Shown: positions 28,106 through 40,500, counted from the first letter of the stretch. The stretch is DNA of 64,000 bases from an uncultured Verrucomicrobiae bacterium (GCA_963834385.1 CAWIBO010000002.1:480001-544000); one strand, 5' to 3'. Numbers and translations: made by a program. The notes: a model not told the origin generated them from the sequence alone.

Positions 28106-29353
28106 TCACTCTGATTTCAGGTGCGAGATCGGCATAATGCCCTCTTTTCGGGCCTCGTCGATCTCGGTGATTTGGTGCTGCGGATCGTTTTCTCCCTCAA
28201 ATTTTTCCGCGTTCTCGGCCAGGTTCGCCGTCCCGGCCTGAAGGGCGGCCGCGAACGATTTCCAGCCGGCGCCCTGCGCCACCTTTGGGTCGAGCGTCTT
28301 TTCAAAGTCCCGGAGCGCTTCCACTTCCATTGATGCCTTCTCGTCGAGCCGCGCCCCGATGATGGTCGTTTCCAGGGCAAGCCGGTCCCCTTCTTTCCCG
28401 TTCAGATAAAAGCCCATGTACATATGGCCCGGGACCGTGACCAGAAAAGTGCGGAGGCCGATCTTGCGCAGGACCGAGGCGAGCAGGACGCTGCCGTCAA
28501 CGCAGTTGGCCTGCTCGTTCGCCAGCGATTCGTCCACAAACCGGACATGCTGGCTGTAAACCAGCTCTGACGCGCCGGCCGTGGTGGTGATGCTGCTGTA
28601 CTTGATTCCCCGGTTCTGCAGCGCCGTCCAGACGGCCAGCACCTCGCGCAGGACATTGGCCTCATCGCCCTGGTAACCGCCAAAACTGTTCACGATCTTC
28701 GTGGCGAGCGCCTCCTTCAGGATCTTGTCCACGATCGGGCTGCTTTCATTGACATAAGCGGCAAACATCCACCCGAGATCGGTGTAACCGGCCGCTTCCT
28801 CCTCGTTGGCCTCCTCCGTCTCGCCCTCCTCCTCCTCGTCGGTTTCCTCAATCGTCTCCTCCGAATCGGCCACGCCAAACGGACAATCGTTCACCGAGCG
28901 GACCGTGATCGTGTGCGACTTTTCCCCAAGCTCCTCGCCGTCCGCGGTGACGCGAAAGGTGATGTCCAGCGGGACCTGCTGATGCACTTTGCGCAGCTGG
29001 TCGAACTTGTAGGAAATGCGAGGCGCCACGTAATATTCCGTCCCGCCGGTCGGCAGCACGCCGCGCCAGCTGCTCTGGTTCATGAGCGCGTTCTCTTTCA
29101 GGGTCACAGTGATCTCCGCGTCATCCTCGGGCGCGGTTATGGAAATGCCAGCCGCGGCATAGGCATCTCCGAGAACCTCCGGATTCTCTTCCTCCTCCTC
29201 GTCATCGCCCGGCCGCACCGTCGCCGTGGCGATGATCAGCGAGGGGAAAAGCTGGCCGTCCATGTTGGCGTCGGGCGACCACTCAACCTCCTCCGCTCGC
29301 AATCCGCCTGTCGTCGCCGCCATCATTAAAACCAATGAAACAATTTTCTGCAT
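28106..29353 (-). CDS. Exported acidic protein with transglutaminase-like Cys-His domain
   Basis: Signal peptide; NCVDGSVLLAS..PGHMYMGF..LETT. Confidence 0.7.
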   Translation of the reverse strand: MQKIVSLVLMMAATTGGLRAEEVEWSPDANMDGQLFPSLIIATATVRPGDDEEEEENPEVLGDAYAAAGISITAPEDDAEITVTLKENALMNQSSWRGVLPTGGTEYYVAPRISYKFDQLRKVHQQVPLDITFRVTADGEELGEKSHTITVRSVNDCPFGVADSEETIEETDEEEEGETEEANEEEAAGYTDLGWMFAAYVNESSPIVDKILKEALATKIVNSFGGYQGDEANVLREVLAVWTALQNRGIKYSSITTTAGASELVYSQHVRFVDESLANEQANCVDGSVLLASVLRKIGLRTFLVTVPGHMYMGFYLNGKEGDRLALETTIIGARLDEKASMEVEALRDFEKTLDPKVAQGAGWKSFAAALQAGTANLAENAEKFEGENDPQHQITEIDEARKEGIMPISHLKSE

Positions 29354-29440
29354 CGCGGTCGGACTTTGTCAGGCCGGCGGGAAACGGCAAGCCGCGTGTT
29401 TGCGCCTCCGTCTCATCTCGCGACATTGGGCGCCCTCCCG

Positions 29441-31306
29441 ATGCTGACCATTTCTCAAGTAACGAAAAGTTTCGGCGGCCGCGTCCTTTTCGAGGAAGCG
29501 TCGCTCCAGGTGAACCTGGGCGACCGCATTGGCCTCGTCGGACCGAACGGCGCGGGCAAATCGACCCTCTTTTCGCTGATCCTCGGGGAGGCCTCTCCCG
29601 ACCTCGGGAAAATCAGCGTGGAGAAGTCGGCCACGGTTGGGTTCCTGCCGCAGGAGAACGCACCCGCGGGCGAGGAAACCGTCCTGCAACTGGCCTGCCG
29701 CGAGGCGCCGGAACATTCGCCCTGGGAAACCGAGCCAAAGGCCAAACGGATCCTGGCCGGCCTGGCTTTTCGTGAGAACGATTTCAACCGGGCGGCCCGG
29801 ACCATGAGCGGCGGCTGGATCATGCGCGCGCACCTGGCCCGCCTCCTCGTCCAGGAACCGGACCTGCTCCTGCTCGATGAGCCGACCAATCACCTCGACC
29901 TTGATTCGCTCGGCTGGTTTCAGAATTACCTGAAGAATTATCCCGGCGCGATCCTGATGATCTCGCACGATCGCGAGTTCCTGAACCAGCTCGTCGGTTC
30001 CATCGTGGAGATCGCGCATCGGCGGTTTCAGCGCTACCGCGGGAACTGGGACAGCTATCTCGAGCAGAAGGCCGCGCGGGAGGAACAGCACCTGGCCGCC
30101 TACAAAAACCAGCAGCGCGAGATCGCCTCGCTCCAGGCCTTTGCCGACCGTTTCCGGGCCAAGGCGAGCAAGGCCTCGCAGGCCCAGAGCAAGCTCAAGC
30201 AGATCGAGCGGATGGATAAAATCGAGGCGCCGGTCGCGCGCGAGAAAACAGTCAGTTTCCGTTTTCCCCAGCCGCCGCGGAGCGGGCAGCGCGTGGTCCG
30301 GCTGGAGGAAATCGATTTTTCCTATGGCGATCTGGTGGTTTACCGCGGGCTGAACTTCGTGGCCGAGCGGGGAGAGCGGACCGTCCTGGTCGGACCGAAC
30401 GGCGCCGGCAAATCGACCCTGCTCAAGTTGCTGGCCGGCCTGCTGCCGCCGGCGCGCGGCCAGCGCGAGCTCGGGCACAATGTGAAGGTCGGCTATTTCT
30501 CGCAGCACCGGGCGGAGATGTTCGATTCGCGGCAGACGGTGCTCGATGCTGTGCGCGACATGCCCAACCCGGTCTCGGAACAGGTGGCCCGGACCGTTCT
30601 CGGTTCCTTTCTTTTCCGCGGCGACGACGTCTTCAAGCCGATCGGCGTCCTGAGCGGCGGCGAGAAGACGCGCGTGGCCCTGGTGAAACTGCTCCTCGAC
30701 CCGCCAAACCTGCTCCTGATGGACGAACCGACCACCCATCTCGACATCGGCAGCATCGACGCCCTCGTCGGGGCGCTCAGCCAGTATGAAGGGACGCTCG
30801 TTTTCATCAGCCACGACGTTTATTTCATCCGCGCCATTGCCCGCAGCGTTCTGCACATCAGCGCGGGCGAGCTCACGCCTTACGCGGGCGATTACGACTA
30901 CTATCTTGATAAAACCCGGGCCACCTCCGCCCGGGCCGCGCTGACCAGCGGCGAGACCTTGCAGAACCTGCAGCCGGAAGCCGCGGCTTCCGCAGGGGCA
31001 GACCGAAAACCGGCTATGGGTTTGCGCGAGATCCGCGAGCAACGCCGGGCCGAGGCGGAGCAGCGCAAAGCCGAGGCGAAGGCAAAACGCGACCACGCCC
31101 GCAAAGTGCAGGAGCTCGAGATGCATATTCTTTCGCTGGAAGGCCGGCAGAAGGAACTGGCCGCCGAACTGGAAAAACCGGAGACCTACGAGGCCGGCGG
31201 CAATGCCATCCAGCTCAACCGCGAACTTTCCGCGGTGAAAGAGGAGATGGAACGCGTGACGCGCGAGTGGGAAGCGCTCGCCGCCGCGGGCGAGCCCTCC
31301 GCCTGA
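29441..31306 (+). CDS. ABC-F family ATPase
   Basis: Two GPNGAGKST Walker A, SGG signatures, DEPTNHLD/DEPTTHLD, no TM, C-terminal coiled coil. Confidence 0.95.
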   Translation: MLTISQVTKSFGGRVLFEEASLQVNLGDRIGLVGPNGAGKSTLFSLILGEASPDLGKISVEKSATVGFLPQENAPAGEETVLQLACREAPEHSPWETEPKAKRILAGLAFRENDFNRAARTMSGGWIMRAHLARLLVQEPDLLLLDEPTNHLDLDSLGWFQNYLKNYPGAILMISHDREFLNQLVGSIVEIAHRRFQRYRGNWDSYLEQKAAREEQHLAAYKNQQREIASLQAFADRFRAKASKASQAQSKLKQIERMDKIEAPVAREKTVSFRFPQPPRSGQRVVRLEEIDFSYGDLVVYRGLNFVAERGERTVLVGPNGAGKSTLLKLLAGLLPPARGQRELGHNVKVGYFSQHRAEMFDSRQTVLDAVRDMPNPVSEQVARTVLGSFLFRGDDVFKPIGVLSGGEKTRVALVKLLLDPPNLLLMDEPTTHLDIGSIDALVGALSQYEGTLVFISHDVYFIRAIARSVLHISAGELTPYAGDYDYYLDKTRATSARAALTSGETLQNLQPEAAASAGADRKPAMGLREIREQRRAEAEQRKAEAKAKRDHARKVQELEMHILSLEGRQKELAAELEKPETYEAGGNAIQLNRELSAVKEEMERVTREWEALAAAGEPSA

Positions 31307-31355
31307 CGCGCCGGGCTGTTGTGCAGGGCGCCGCCGATGGCGATGTTAAGCGGCC

Positions 31356-34194
31356 ATGTTGAGCGACGCCCAGAGACGGACCCTGCAGGCGGCCGATTGC
31401 GACGTTTCCTTTGATAACCTGACCCGCCAGCTCTACGCCACGGACGCCTCGATCTACCAGATCGAACCCGGCGGCGTCGCCTTCCCACGCAGCGCCGGGC
31501 AGGCTGCCTCCGTCATCACGGCCGCTGCCGAAGCCGGGGTGCCGGTGATTCCGCGCGGGGCCGGCAGCGGACTGGCCGGCGGCGCGATCGGCGAAGGGCT
31601 CGTGGTGGAGTTTTCGCGGTTCAACCGCGGCATCAGCGGGCTCGACCTCGAGAAACGGACCGTGCGCGTCGAGCCGGGCGTGGTCCTCGACCAGTTGAAC
31701 GGTTTTCTCCGGCCGCATGGGTTCGCCTTCGGGCCCGATGTCGCGACCAGCTCGCGCGCGACCCTGGCCGGGATGATCGCGAACGATTCCTCCGGGGCCC
31801 GCTGCCCGATCTATGGAACCACCTCCGACCACGTGGTCTCGGTGGAACTTGTCCTCGGGGACGGCCGCGTGCTCCAGGTGGGCGAAGGACACGATGGCCT
31901 CGCCGAACAGCGGGAGCGCCTGGCCGGCCTCGTCGCCCGGCACCAGGACGAAATCGCGCGACGTATGCCGCCCGGGATGAAGAAACACTGGACGGGTTAC
32001 GGCCTGGAACGCTTTGCGCGCGAGCCGCGCAATCTCAACCGGCTTATCTCCGGCAGTGAAGGCACGCTCTCCGCCATCTTCTCCGCGGAGGTGCGCATCG
32101 TGCCGCTGCCGCGGGAGAAGGCGCTCGGCCTCGTTTTCTTCGCTTCGGTGGCGGAAGCGATGCAGGCCACGGTGGAAATTCTCGACCTGCAACCGGCGGC
32201 GATTGAGCACATCGACCGTGTCTTGTTCGACCAGACCCGGGGCCAGTTGCATTTCCAGGCCGCGCGCGACCTGCTCGAGCTCGATGCCCGGCCCTGCGAG
32301 GCAATCCTGATCGTCGAGTTCTACGATGACAACGTCGAGGAGCGCCTGGCGCAACTGGAGCAGCGCCAGCTTGGGCTCCGCCGCAAGACCCTGCGCGATC
32401 CCGGCGAGATGAACCTGGTCTGGTCGCTGCGCAAATCAGGCCTGACCCTTCTCACCGGCATGGTGGGCGACGCCAAACCGGCGGCCTTCATCGAGGACGC
32501 GGCTGTGCGCCCGGAAGACCTGCCCGCCTACGTGGCCGGTTTGCAGTCGATCATTGAACCACTTGGACTCGACTGCTGTTACTATGGGCACGCCGCCACC
32601 GGCCTGCTCCACGTGCGGCCGGTGCTGAACCTGCACAACCGCGAAGACCTGGCCAAGTTCCGGCGCATCGCCGACGAGACCGCCGCCCTGGTGCGCCAGT
32701 TCAAGGGGTCGCTCTCGGCCGAGCACGGCGTCGGCATCGCCCGCACGGAATACATGGCCGCGCAGGTGGGCGAAACGCTGCTCGACCTCATGCGCGAGAT
32801 CAAACGGACTTTCGATCCGGCGAACCTGTTCAATCCCGGCAAAATGCTGGGGAACGGCGAATTCCGGATCGATCGGCACCTGCGCACGCATGCTTACCGC
32901 GAGACCGGGCTGCCCTTCGAGCCGCGCCTGGCCTTTGCCTTCAAGGATCATTCGTTCGCGGGAAACCTGGAGCAGTGCAACGGCTGCGGCGGTTGTCGCA
33001 AGGACATGCCCACGATGTGCCCCACCTTTCTCGCCACGGGCGAGGAATACATGTCGACGCGCGGACGCGCCAATGCCATTCGCGCCGCGCTCGAGCTGCG
33101 CGTGGAAGGTCACGATCCGCTGCGCGCCCATGAACTCGAGGAAGCCCTCAACAATTGCCTGAGCTGCAAGGCCTGCACGGTGGAATGCCCGTCCAACGTC
33201 AATCTCGCCCTGCTCAAGGCCGAGCTGAACCATGCGCGCATCCGGCGCGATGGCCTGACCCTGCGCGAACGCCTCCTCAGCCACGTCGACCTGCTCGGCC
33301 GGCTCGGGACGTTCACCCCGCGTCTGGCCAATGCCGCGCTCGAGTTCGAGCCGCTCCGCGCCCTCATGGCGGCGACGCTGGGCCTGAGCGATCGCCGGCC
33401 GTTGCCGCCCTATGCGCGAGAGCGCTTTGATACCTGGTTTCGGCGCCGCCCCAAGCCCGCAGCCGCTTCCCGCGGCGAGATCATTCTCTGGGACGACACC
33501 TTTGTCCGCTATCACGAGCCCAACATCGGGCAGGCCGCCGTGCAGGTGCTCGAGGCGCTCGGCTATCGCGTCCTTTTGCCGCGCGGACGGAAATGCTGCG
33601 GGCGCCCGGCTTTCAGCCAGGGAAACCTTGATCACGCCGAGCATCTCGGCCGGCACAACCTGAAGCTGCTGGCGCAAAGCGCGCCGCCGGTGCCCGTGCT
33701 TTTTCTCGAACCTTCATGCTACTCGATGTTCGTGGAGGATTACCGGGAACTAAGTCTGCCCGGATTCGACCAGGTGGCGCCGCGCTGTTTTCTTTTCGAG
33801 CAATTCATCGACGACCTCCTGGGCCGCGAACCCGGGGCGCTTCGTTTTGTCCCCGGCGACGCAGAGCGTTTCCATTCACGCCCATTGTCACGCGAAGTCG
33901 CTCGTCAAGACAGGGTTCATGAAACGGCTGGCGGAACGGCTGCCCGGCCGCGAGGCGACCCTGCTTGATACCGGCTGCTGCGGCATGGCCGGCGCCTTTG
34001 GCGCGCTGGCATCGAAATATGAACTCTCCCTCGCGGTCGGGGCCGACCTGGTCAAAAAAATGGAAGACCAGCCGCCGGCCAGCGTGGTGGTGGCGTCCGG
34101 CACCAGTTGCCGCCACCAGATCGAACACATGACTCCGATCCACCCAAAACACATGGCCGAACTGCTGGCCGAAGCGCTACCCTCCCCCTCGTAA
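31356..34194 (+). CDS. FAD-linked oxidase / Fe-S oxidoreductase (GlcD-GlcF-like fusion); apparent frameshift at C4 33851-33854
   Basis: PRGAGSGLAG, GSEGTL, AEHGVG, CNGCGGC, CLSCKAC..CP, CCG domains; the C-terminal HAHCH..CCGMAG..GTSCRHQ lies in another frame. Confidence 0.9.
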
Positions 34195-34361
34195 TCAGTG
34201 CTCGTGCTCGTAATCGTAATCACTCCCCCGCTCCCGATGCGCTGAGGAGAGCGCACGCTACAGGGTCACCCTCCTGCTCCTGCTCATGATCTTGCTCCTG
34301 ATCCTCCCCGCCTCCTTCCCCCAGCAATTTTCCCCGATGCGCTGAGGACAGCGCACGCTGC
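34191..34361 (-). repeat. Two tandem units of hexamer microsatellite + REP family B
   Basis: ATGCGCTGAGGA(G/C)AGCGCACGCT(A/G)C at 34237-34261 and 34337-34361, each preceded by (CTCNTG/ATCNTG)n. Confidence 0.8.
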
Positions 34362-34383
34362 AGCGCTTCCGCTCCTCCGCCGC

Positions 34384-36855
34384 TCACGGCTCCGACGCCA
34401 GCACGCAGCGAAAACCATAGATCACATCCCGCTCATCACGATCCACCACGTTGCGGTAGGAGACTTGCAGCTCGCCGCGACCGCTGTTGGCCCACGAGCC
34501 CCCGCGCAGCACCCCCCAGTCCCGGCTCTTCCCGCTGCCCTTGTAACCCTCCGCGCACCATTCCCAAACGTTCCCGGCAAGATCAAACAACCCATGCTCG
34601 TTCGCGGCGAAACTGCCCACCGGCGCCGTCTGCCCAAAACCGTCGCGAGCCGCCGGCGGACGCGCCCACGCCTGGTCGTTGAAATTGCCCACGCCGGCCG
34701 GCGGCGGCCACGCCTTGCCCCACGGGAAAATTCCTTTTATTTTGCCGTCGCGTTCCTCCGGCGTGCCCCCTTTTTCCTCCGTCAGACCGGCGGCCACGCT
34801 CCATTCCAGATCGGTCGGCAGCCGGTAACGCTGTGATTCTTCGATCAGCCTTTCGCGCAGCTCCTTCTGCGTCAGCCATTCACAAAAAGCCAGCGCGTCC
34901 GCGTGGCTGACTTTCACGACCGGATGATCAGGCGTCTGCGCAATGTCGAGCGTTGGCATCTCGCGCCCGGTCGCGACACAAAAAGCCTCGTAGTCGCGCA
35001 CCCGCGTTTCCCAGATGGAAAAACGAACGGCGCCTACGGTGACAAAGGTCATGCCGAGGCTGTTGCGCCAGGGCTGGCCCGGCTCGGGGCTGAGCAGTTG
35101 TTCGAGCCGGGCCGCGAGGAACGATTGCTCGTTCGGTGCGACCGTGCCTTCAATCGTCTCGGGACGAAAGCCGGGGAGGCGAACCTCGTAGCGCACCGTG
35201 CCCGGCTTCACTTCTTCGAGGAGCAGCGGCGTCCGGCCCAGCTCCGTTTCCCCGGCGTAGACCGCAGCGCCGCCCGGGGCGCTCGTGATCTTCACGCTGC
35301 CATGACTGAACTCAAAGGCGGCGGCGGTTTCGCCCCTCGGTTCCACCTTCACCTCTCTCTGCTGGGGCGGCCAGCCGGGCACGGTCGCCGTCAGCCGATG
35401 ATCTCCCGCGAGCGTTTCGAGCCGGAGCGGCGTCCGGCCCATCGCCCTGCCGTCGAGCGAAATTTCCGCGCCCGGCGGGTCGCTGGTCACGTTCAGCGCG
35501 CCCGCGCTGAAGACCACGCGCTTGCTCGAAAGCTGGTTGCGCACGATCTGCACCGGCTGCCTGAGCTCCCGCCCCTGGTCGACCACAGCGACCTCGTACT
35601 CCCCGGTCGGCAGATCGCTCAACGTGACCGGCGTCGTGCCCTCCCGCACCAGCGCGTCCCCCTGTCTCAAGACAAACGAGGCGCCAGCCGGGTCGCTTTC
35701 GAGGAGGAGCGAACCGTTGCTTCGCGTCAGCGCGATGGTGGGAAGCTGCTGATCCGTCCTGAGCTCGACCTTCCTTTCCACCGGCTCGAACCCGGCCAAC
35801 ATCACCCGCATCAAATATGTTCCCGGCTCGAGATCGGGGAAGGTCGCCGGGCTGTGCCTGACCTTGTCCCCCAGCATCACCATCGCGCCGGGTGGCGCGG
35901 TCGTGACCATCGCGGTGACCGGCCCCGGGGAAAGGTCCGGCGCAGCCCGAAAACTCCACCAGGCCCACCCGGCCATTCCCAGCAGAAGAAATAGCACCGT
36001 AAACGGCAGCAGCCGGCGCGGCCGACGGCGGAGCGGCGGACGCCCTTCCTGCAATCGCGCCAGATCATCGCGCAGGGCTTCCGCCGTCGCGTAGCGCTTC
36101 GCCTTGTCCGCGGCACACGCCTTCAGGAGCACTTCGTTCAACTGGATCAGCTCCACCTTGTCCGCGAGTGCGCCGAGGCCGGTCGCGACCGCGGGAAAAT
36201 CGAGCCGGTCTTTTCCCATGCTAATCTCGTAGAGCACTTTCCCGAGGCTGTAGACATCGGCCGTCGGCGTGCCCGGGCCTTCCGGCGGCACGTAACCCTC
36301 CGTCCCCACAAACGAGTTTTGTCCGCTCGCGGCGACCAACCCGATATCGGCCAGCTTTGGCCGGCCCTCGACGAAAATGATGTTGCTGGCCTTGATATCG
36401 CGGTGGCTCAGGCGATGCCGGTGCAATTCCACCAGCGCCGTGGCCACCGAGAGCCCGATCTCGATGCTTTCCTTCACCGGGATGCGTCCGCGCGCCAGCA
36501 GCTCGGCCCGCAGGGTTTTCGGCGCATAATCCTCCGGCGCGAACGGGCGGCGGCCCGAAACGTCGTCCGCCAGTTCCATGATGTAGTAGAAGAAGGTCGC
36601 GCTGCGGCCCACATGCAGGATATCGACGAAGCCGTCGTGCGAGCGCGAGATCGGCTCGAAGCTCGACATGCCCTCGAACTCGCGGTTGAAGGCACGATCG
36701 CTATCAAAGGTGCTCCGGTGCACCACTTTCACCGCGCGCAGCGAACCGATCAGGCTGCGCGCCAGCCAGATCTCGCCGTAGGAACCCCGCCCGATCACGC
36801 GCAGGACCTCGTGGTCCGGGATGATCGGCGGAGCGGGGGCGTCGACGTTTTGCAC
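34384..36855 (-). CDS. Ser/Thr kinase - TM - PEGA repeats - FGE/SUMF1 domain protein
   Basis: IGRGSYGEIW, AVK, HRDIKASN, DIG, GTEGY; SDP.GA PEGA repeats; N..GLFDLAGNVWEW..RGGSW..GFRC. Confidence 0.92.
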   Translation of the reverse strand: MQNVDAPAPPIIPDHEVLRVIGRGSYGEIWLARSLIGSLRAVKVVHRSTFDSDRAFNREFEGMSSFEPISRSHDGFVDILHVGRSATFFYYIMELADDVSGRRPFAPEDYAPKTLRAELLARGRIPVKESIEIGLSVATALVELHRHRLSHRDIKASNIIFVEGRPKLADIGLVAASGQNSFVGTEGYVPPEGPGTPTADVYSLGKVLYEISMGKDRLDFPAVATGLGALADKVELIQLNEVLLKACAADKAKRYATAEALRDDLARLQEGRPPLRRRPRRLLPFTVLFLLLGMAGWAWWSFRAAPDLSPGPVTAMVTTAPPGAMVMLGDKVRHSPATFPDLEPGTYLMRVMLAGFEPVERKVELRTDQQLPTIALTRSNGSLLLESDPAGASFVLRQGDALVREGTTPVTLSDLPTGEYEVAVVDQGRELRQPVQIVRNQLSSKRVVFSAGALNVTSDPPGAEISLDGRAMGRTPLRLETLAGDHRLTATVPGWPPQQREVKVEPRGETAAAFEFSHGSVKITSAPGGAAVYAGETELGRTPLLLEEVKPGTVRYEVRLPGFRPETIEGTVAPNEQSFLAARLEQLLSPEPGQPWRNSLGMTFVTVGAVRFSIWETRVRDYEAFCVATGREMPTLDIAQTPDHPVVKVSHADALAFCEWLTQKELRERLIEESQRYRLPTDLEWSVAAGLTEEKGGTPEERDGKIKGIFPWGKAWPPPAGVGNFNDQAWARPPAARDGFGQTAPVGSFAANEHGLFDLAGNVWEWCAEGYKGSGKSRDWGVLRGGSWANSGRGELQVSYRNVVDRDERDVIYGFRCVLASEP

Positions 36856-36883
36856 GGGAAGTTGAATCGGCCACCGGGCGGCC

Positions 36884-37504
36884 CTAGCCGGGCGGCAATT
36901 CGAGCTTTTTCAATTCCTTTTTCAGCAAACCCCCCAGGCGGTGCTTCGCCAGGTAGACCTGCCCGAGGTTCACCCTCAGCTCCTTCGCCACCTTTTGCGC
37001 CGGCCACGCTTTCACCACGTAACAATCGAAGATCTGAAACTGTTTTGCGTCCGCCTGCCGCTTCACCCGCCCGAGCGCAGCCTCGAGCAAATGCTCCTGC
37101 CATTCCGTTTCCCAGGCCGCCTCGAGGTCGAACCCGGCCGGATCCGGCGCGCGCTCCAGCACCGCCGTTCGTCGGCTGTCGTCGGGGGCCGCCACCGCTC
37201 CCCCTTCCCGCGGCCGTTTCCGCACCTGATCGACAATGCGCCAGCGCGTCACCTGCAGGAGCCAGGCCTTGAACGAGCCCGCCGCCGGATCGTAGCGCAG
37301 ATTTTCCGCTTTCTTGGCCACAGTAATGAGGGTCTCCTGCACAACATCCTGCGCCTCGGCATCGCCCAGGCCCGCCTTGCGCGCGACGCCGTAGATCAGC
37401 CTCCAGTAGGTGTCGAAGAAATCCTGCCAGTTCTTCTCGTCCCGCCAGTCGCCCAGACGGTCGACAAGACTTCGGCGGGTCGCCAAAAGCTGATCACGCT
37501 GCAC
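36884..37504 (-). CDS. ECF sigma factor of kinase-associated type
   Basis: TRRSLVDRL..W.DF...Y, AQDVVQE, YDP..GSFKAWL, VYLAKHR; start uncertain. Confidence 0.9.
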   Translation of the reverse strand: MQRDQLLATRRSLVDRLGDWRDEKNWQDFFDTYWRLIYGVARKAGLGDAEAQDVVQETLITVAKKAENLRYDPAAGSFKAWLLQVTRWRIVDQVRKRPREGGAVAAPDDSRRTAVLERAPDPAGFDLEAAWETEWQEHLLEAALGRVKRQADAKQFQIFDCYVVKAWPAQKVAKELRVNLGQVYLAKHRLGGLLKKELKKLELPPG

Positions 37505-37587
37505 AACGGCCCTTATAGCGGAGGAGCGGCGACGGGGGAAAAGAAAGATCGCTGAAAGAATGGGCCGGCTCGCCCCGTATTCACGGA

Positions 37588-40500
37588 ATGTCATTCTTTC
37601 GCCGCCTGATCGTCACGAGCCTCGGCCATCTTTCCTGGGAACCGCCCCCATGGGGAAGCCAGCTGCGCCGGACCATCAGGCGGCATCGGCTTCGTTCCCT
37701 CCTCCTCGCGCTGCTCGTCTGCGCTCTGGCCGCCGGCGGCTGGGGCGGCTGGCGCTGGTATCAGTCCCGGCCCAGGCCCCAACGGGTCGCGATCACCGTG
37801 GCGCCGATCCCGGTGACAAAGCTCGCCCAGGATCTTCAGCCGGCACCTCTCCACCTTTCTTTCTCAGAATCCGCCATGCCCCTCGGGGCGCGCGAAAAAG
37901 ACGTCTCGGTGCAGCTCGAGCCGAAAACGGAGGGCAAATGGAGGTGGACCAGCGATCGGCAGCTCTCCTTTGTTCCCGCGCGCGACTGGCTCCCGGGAAC
38001 GCGCTACCGCGTCCGGCTTACGCCCGCCACGGTGGCCCCGCACATTCGGCTCGAGCGCGACGTCGTCGAGACAACCACGCCGGCGCTTTCCGGCAGGCTC
38101 ACGGAGATCGAGTTCTACCAGGACCTGACCAACCCGATCACAAAACAGGTCACGGCCACCCTGGAGTTCACCCATCCGGTTGACCGGGCGGGCGTCGAAA
38201 AGCGGCTGCGCCTGCACCTGATCGGGCGCGGGGTCGATCAGCCGTTTACCGTCACCTACGGGCTGCACGATCGCCTGGTTTATCTCCGCAGCGCGCCGCT
38301 CACCCTGCCGGAACGCGAAGATTTCATGAAACTCACGCTGGCCGCCGGCGTGCCCGACCGCGGAGGGAACAGCGCCACGGAGGGAGCGGTCGAGGGCAAG
38401 GTGCGCGTGCCGGACCTCTTCAGTTTCTTCAAGATCGAATCCGCCGCCGCGCAAATCGTCCGCACCAAAGAAGGGGAACCGCAGCAGATCCTGGTCATCA
38501 CCACCACGGCGCTCGCGCGCTCGGAGGAGATGGCCCGGGACCTGCGCCTGATGGCGCTGCCGGCACGTCCCGCCTCCCCGCACGAGGACGAGGGAGACGA
38601 GGCCGGTGACGACCCCGAGGAGGGCGGGGAGAACGCGCGCCGTTGGAAAAGCCCGCGTGAGATCGATGCCCAAACCCTGGCCCGCGCCACGGCGATCGAC
38701 CTCACCCCTGTTCCCTCCGCGGAAGAGGCTTCGAAGATTCACACCTTCCGCTTCCAGCACGAGCAGGAGGGCGATCTCTACGTGAAGATCAACCGCGGCG
38801 CGCGCGCCCTCGGCGACTTCCAGCTCGCCCGGGATTACGACGAGGTTCTGCCCGTGCCGCCGTTCCCCCGCGAGGTGATCATTCAGGGCGAAGGCGGAAT
38901 TCTCGCGCTATCAGGCGAGCGCAAAATCTCGATCCAATCGCGCGGGGTCGCGGCGATCGATTTCGAGATCGCCCGCGTCGGGGTCAACCAGATCAACCAC
39001 CTGGTCAGCCAGACGGAAGGCCGGTTCCAGCATCCGGACTTTGTCTCCGGGCTTTTCGACGAGGAAAACATCGCGCGCCTCATCTCCGAACGGCAGCCGG
39101 TCGCCCTGGCCAATCAGTTCCAGCTCAATTACTCGGCCTTCGATTTCAGCCCGCACCTGCAGCCCGGCGTGCACGAGCGCGGCCTCTTCTTCCTCAAGGT
39201 CCGCGGCTGGGACACCGCCCGGGACAAACCGATCAGGGGTTGCCAGGACGGCCGGTTCCTTCTCGTGACCGACCTTGGTTTGCTGGCGAAAAAGAACGCA
39301 GACGAAAGCCGCGAGGTTTTTGTGCTCTCGCTCAGGAAAGGAACGCCGCTGGCCGATGTGCAGATCGAGTTGCTGGGGAAGAACGGCATCCCGCTCGCCA
39401 CCGCCCGGACCGGGCCGGAGGGCCGGGTTTCGTTTCCGTCCACCCGGGGAATGGAACGCGAGCGCACGCCGGTCGCGTTCGTCGCGCGTCTCGGCGAGGA
39501 TGTCGCCTTTCTTCCCTACGACCGGTCCGACCGGCAGGTAAATCTCTCGCGCTTCGACATCGGGGGCGTGGAAAGCGTCTCCGGGGAAGAGCTTGATGCC
39601 TTTCTTTTCACCGAGCGCGGCGTTTATCGCCCGGGCGACAACGTTCATCTTGGTCTGATCGTGAAGCGGCGCGACTGGCTGCCCGCCCCGGCCGGCCTGC
39701 CGCTCGAGGTGGAAATCGTCGATCCGCGGGGCCAGGTCGTGCGGCTGGAAAAAATCACCCTGCCCGAGGCGGGCCTGACTGAGCTCGGGCACCAAACGGT
39801 TCATGCCTCGGCCTCCGGGATCCACACCGCCTCGGTTTACCTCGTCCAGCGCGGCCGGCGCCAGCTGCTCCTCGGCTCCACCGTCTTCCACGTGAAGGAA
39901 TTCCAACCTGACCGGATGAAAATCACCTCGACGCTTTCCGCCGACGCCTCCGGCGGCTGGATCGCGCCGGAAGGGGTGCAGACCCGCGTGGAGCTGCGCA
40001 ATCTTTACGGCACGGCCGCGCCGGCCCGGCGGATCACCGCGCGGATGGATCTCGCTCCCGCCGCTTTCCAGTTCAGGGAATTTCCCGGTTACGTCTTCTT
40101 CGACAACACCCGGGAACGCCCGGCACCGCGCTTCGAGACCGTCTCGCTCGGCGACACGAAAACCGACGACGCCGGGCAGGCCACGATCGATCTCGGCCTG
40201 GAGCGATTTGCCGACGCCACCTACTCGCTGGCTCTTCAGGTGGAAGGGTTCGAGGCGGACAACGGCCGCAGCGTGGCCACGACCAGCCGGGCGCTCGTCT
40301 CCTCGCTCGCCCATGTGGTCGGCTGCAAGCCGGATGGCGACGTGACCTACATCCGGGCGGATGAACCGCGCGCGTTGCACTTCGTGGCCCTCAATCGCCA
40401 GCTCCGCCAGATCGAGCTCGCCCCGCTCCAGCTCAATATTATCGAGCAGGTTTACGTTTCCGTCCTGCGCCGGCGCGACAACGGCAGCTTTGCCTACGAT

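Noticed and set aside
34191..34361. CRISPR-like repeat-spacer pattern (25-bp repeats 100 bp apart)
   Set aside because: Only two units, the spacer is a microsatellite, no cas genes, and copies are dispersed; these are REPs.
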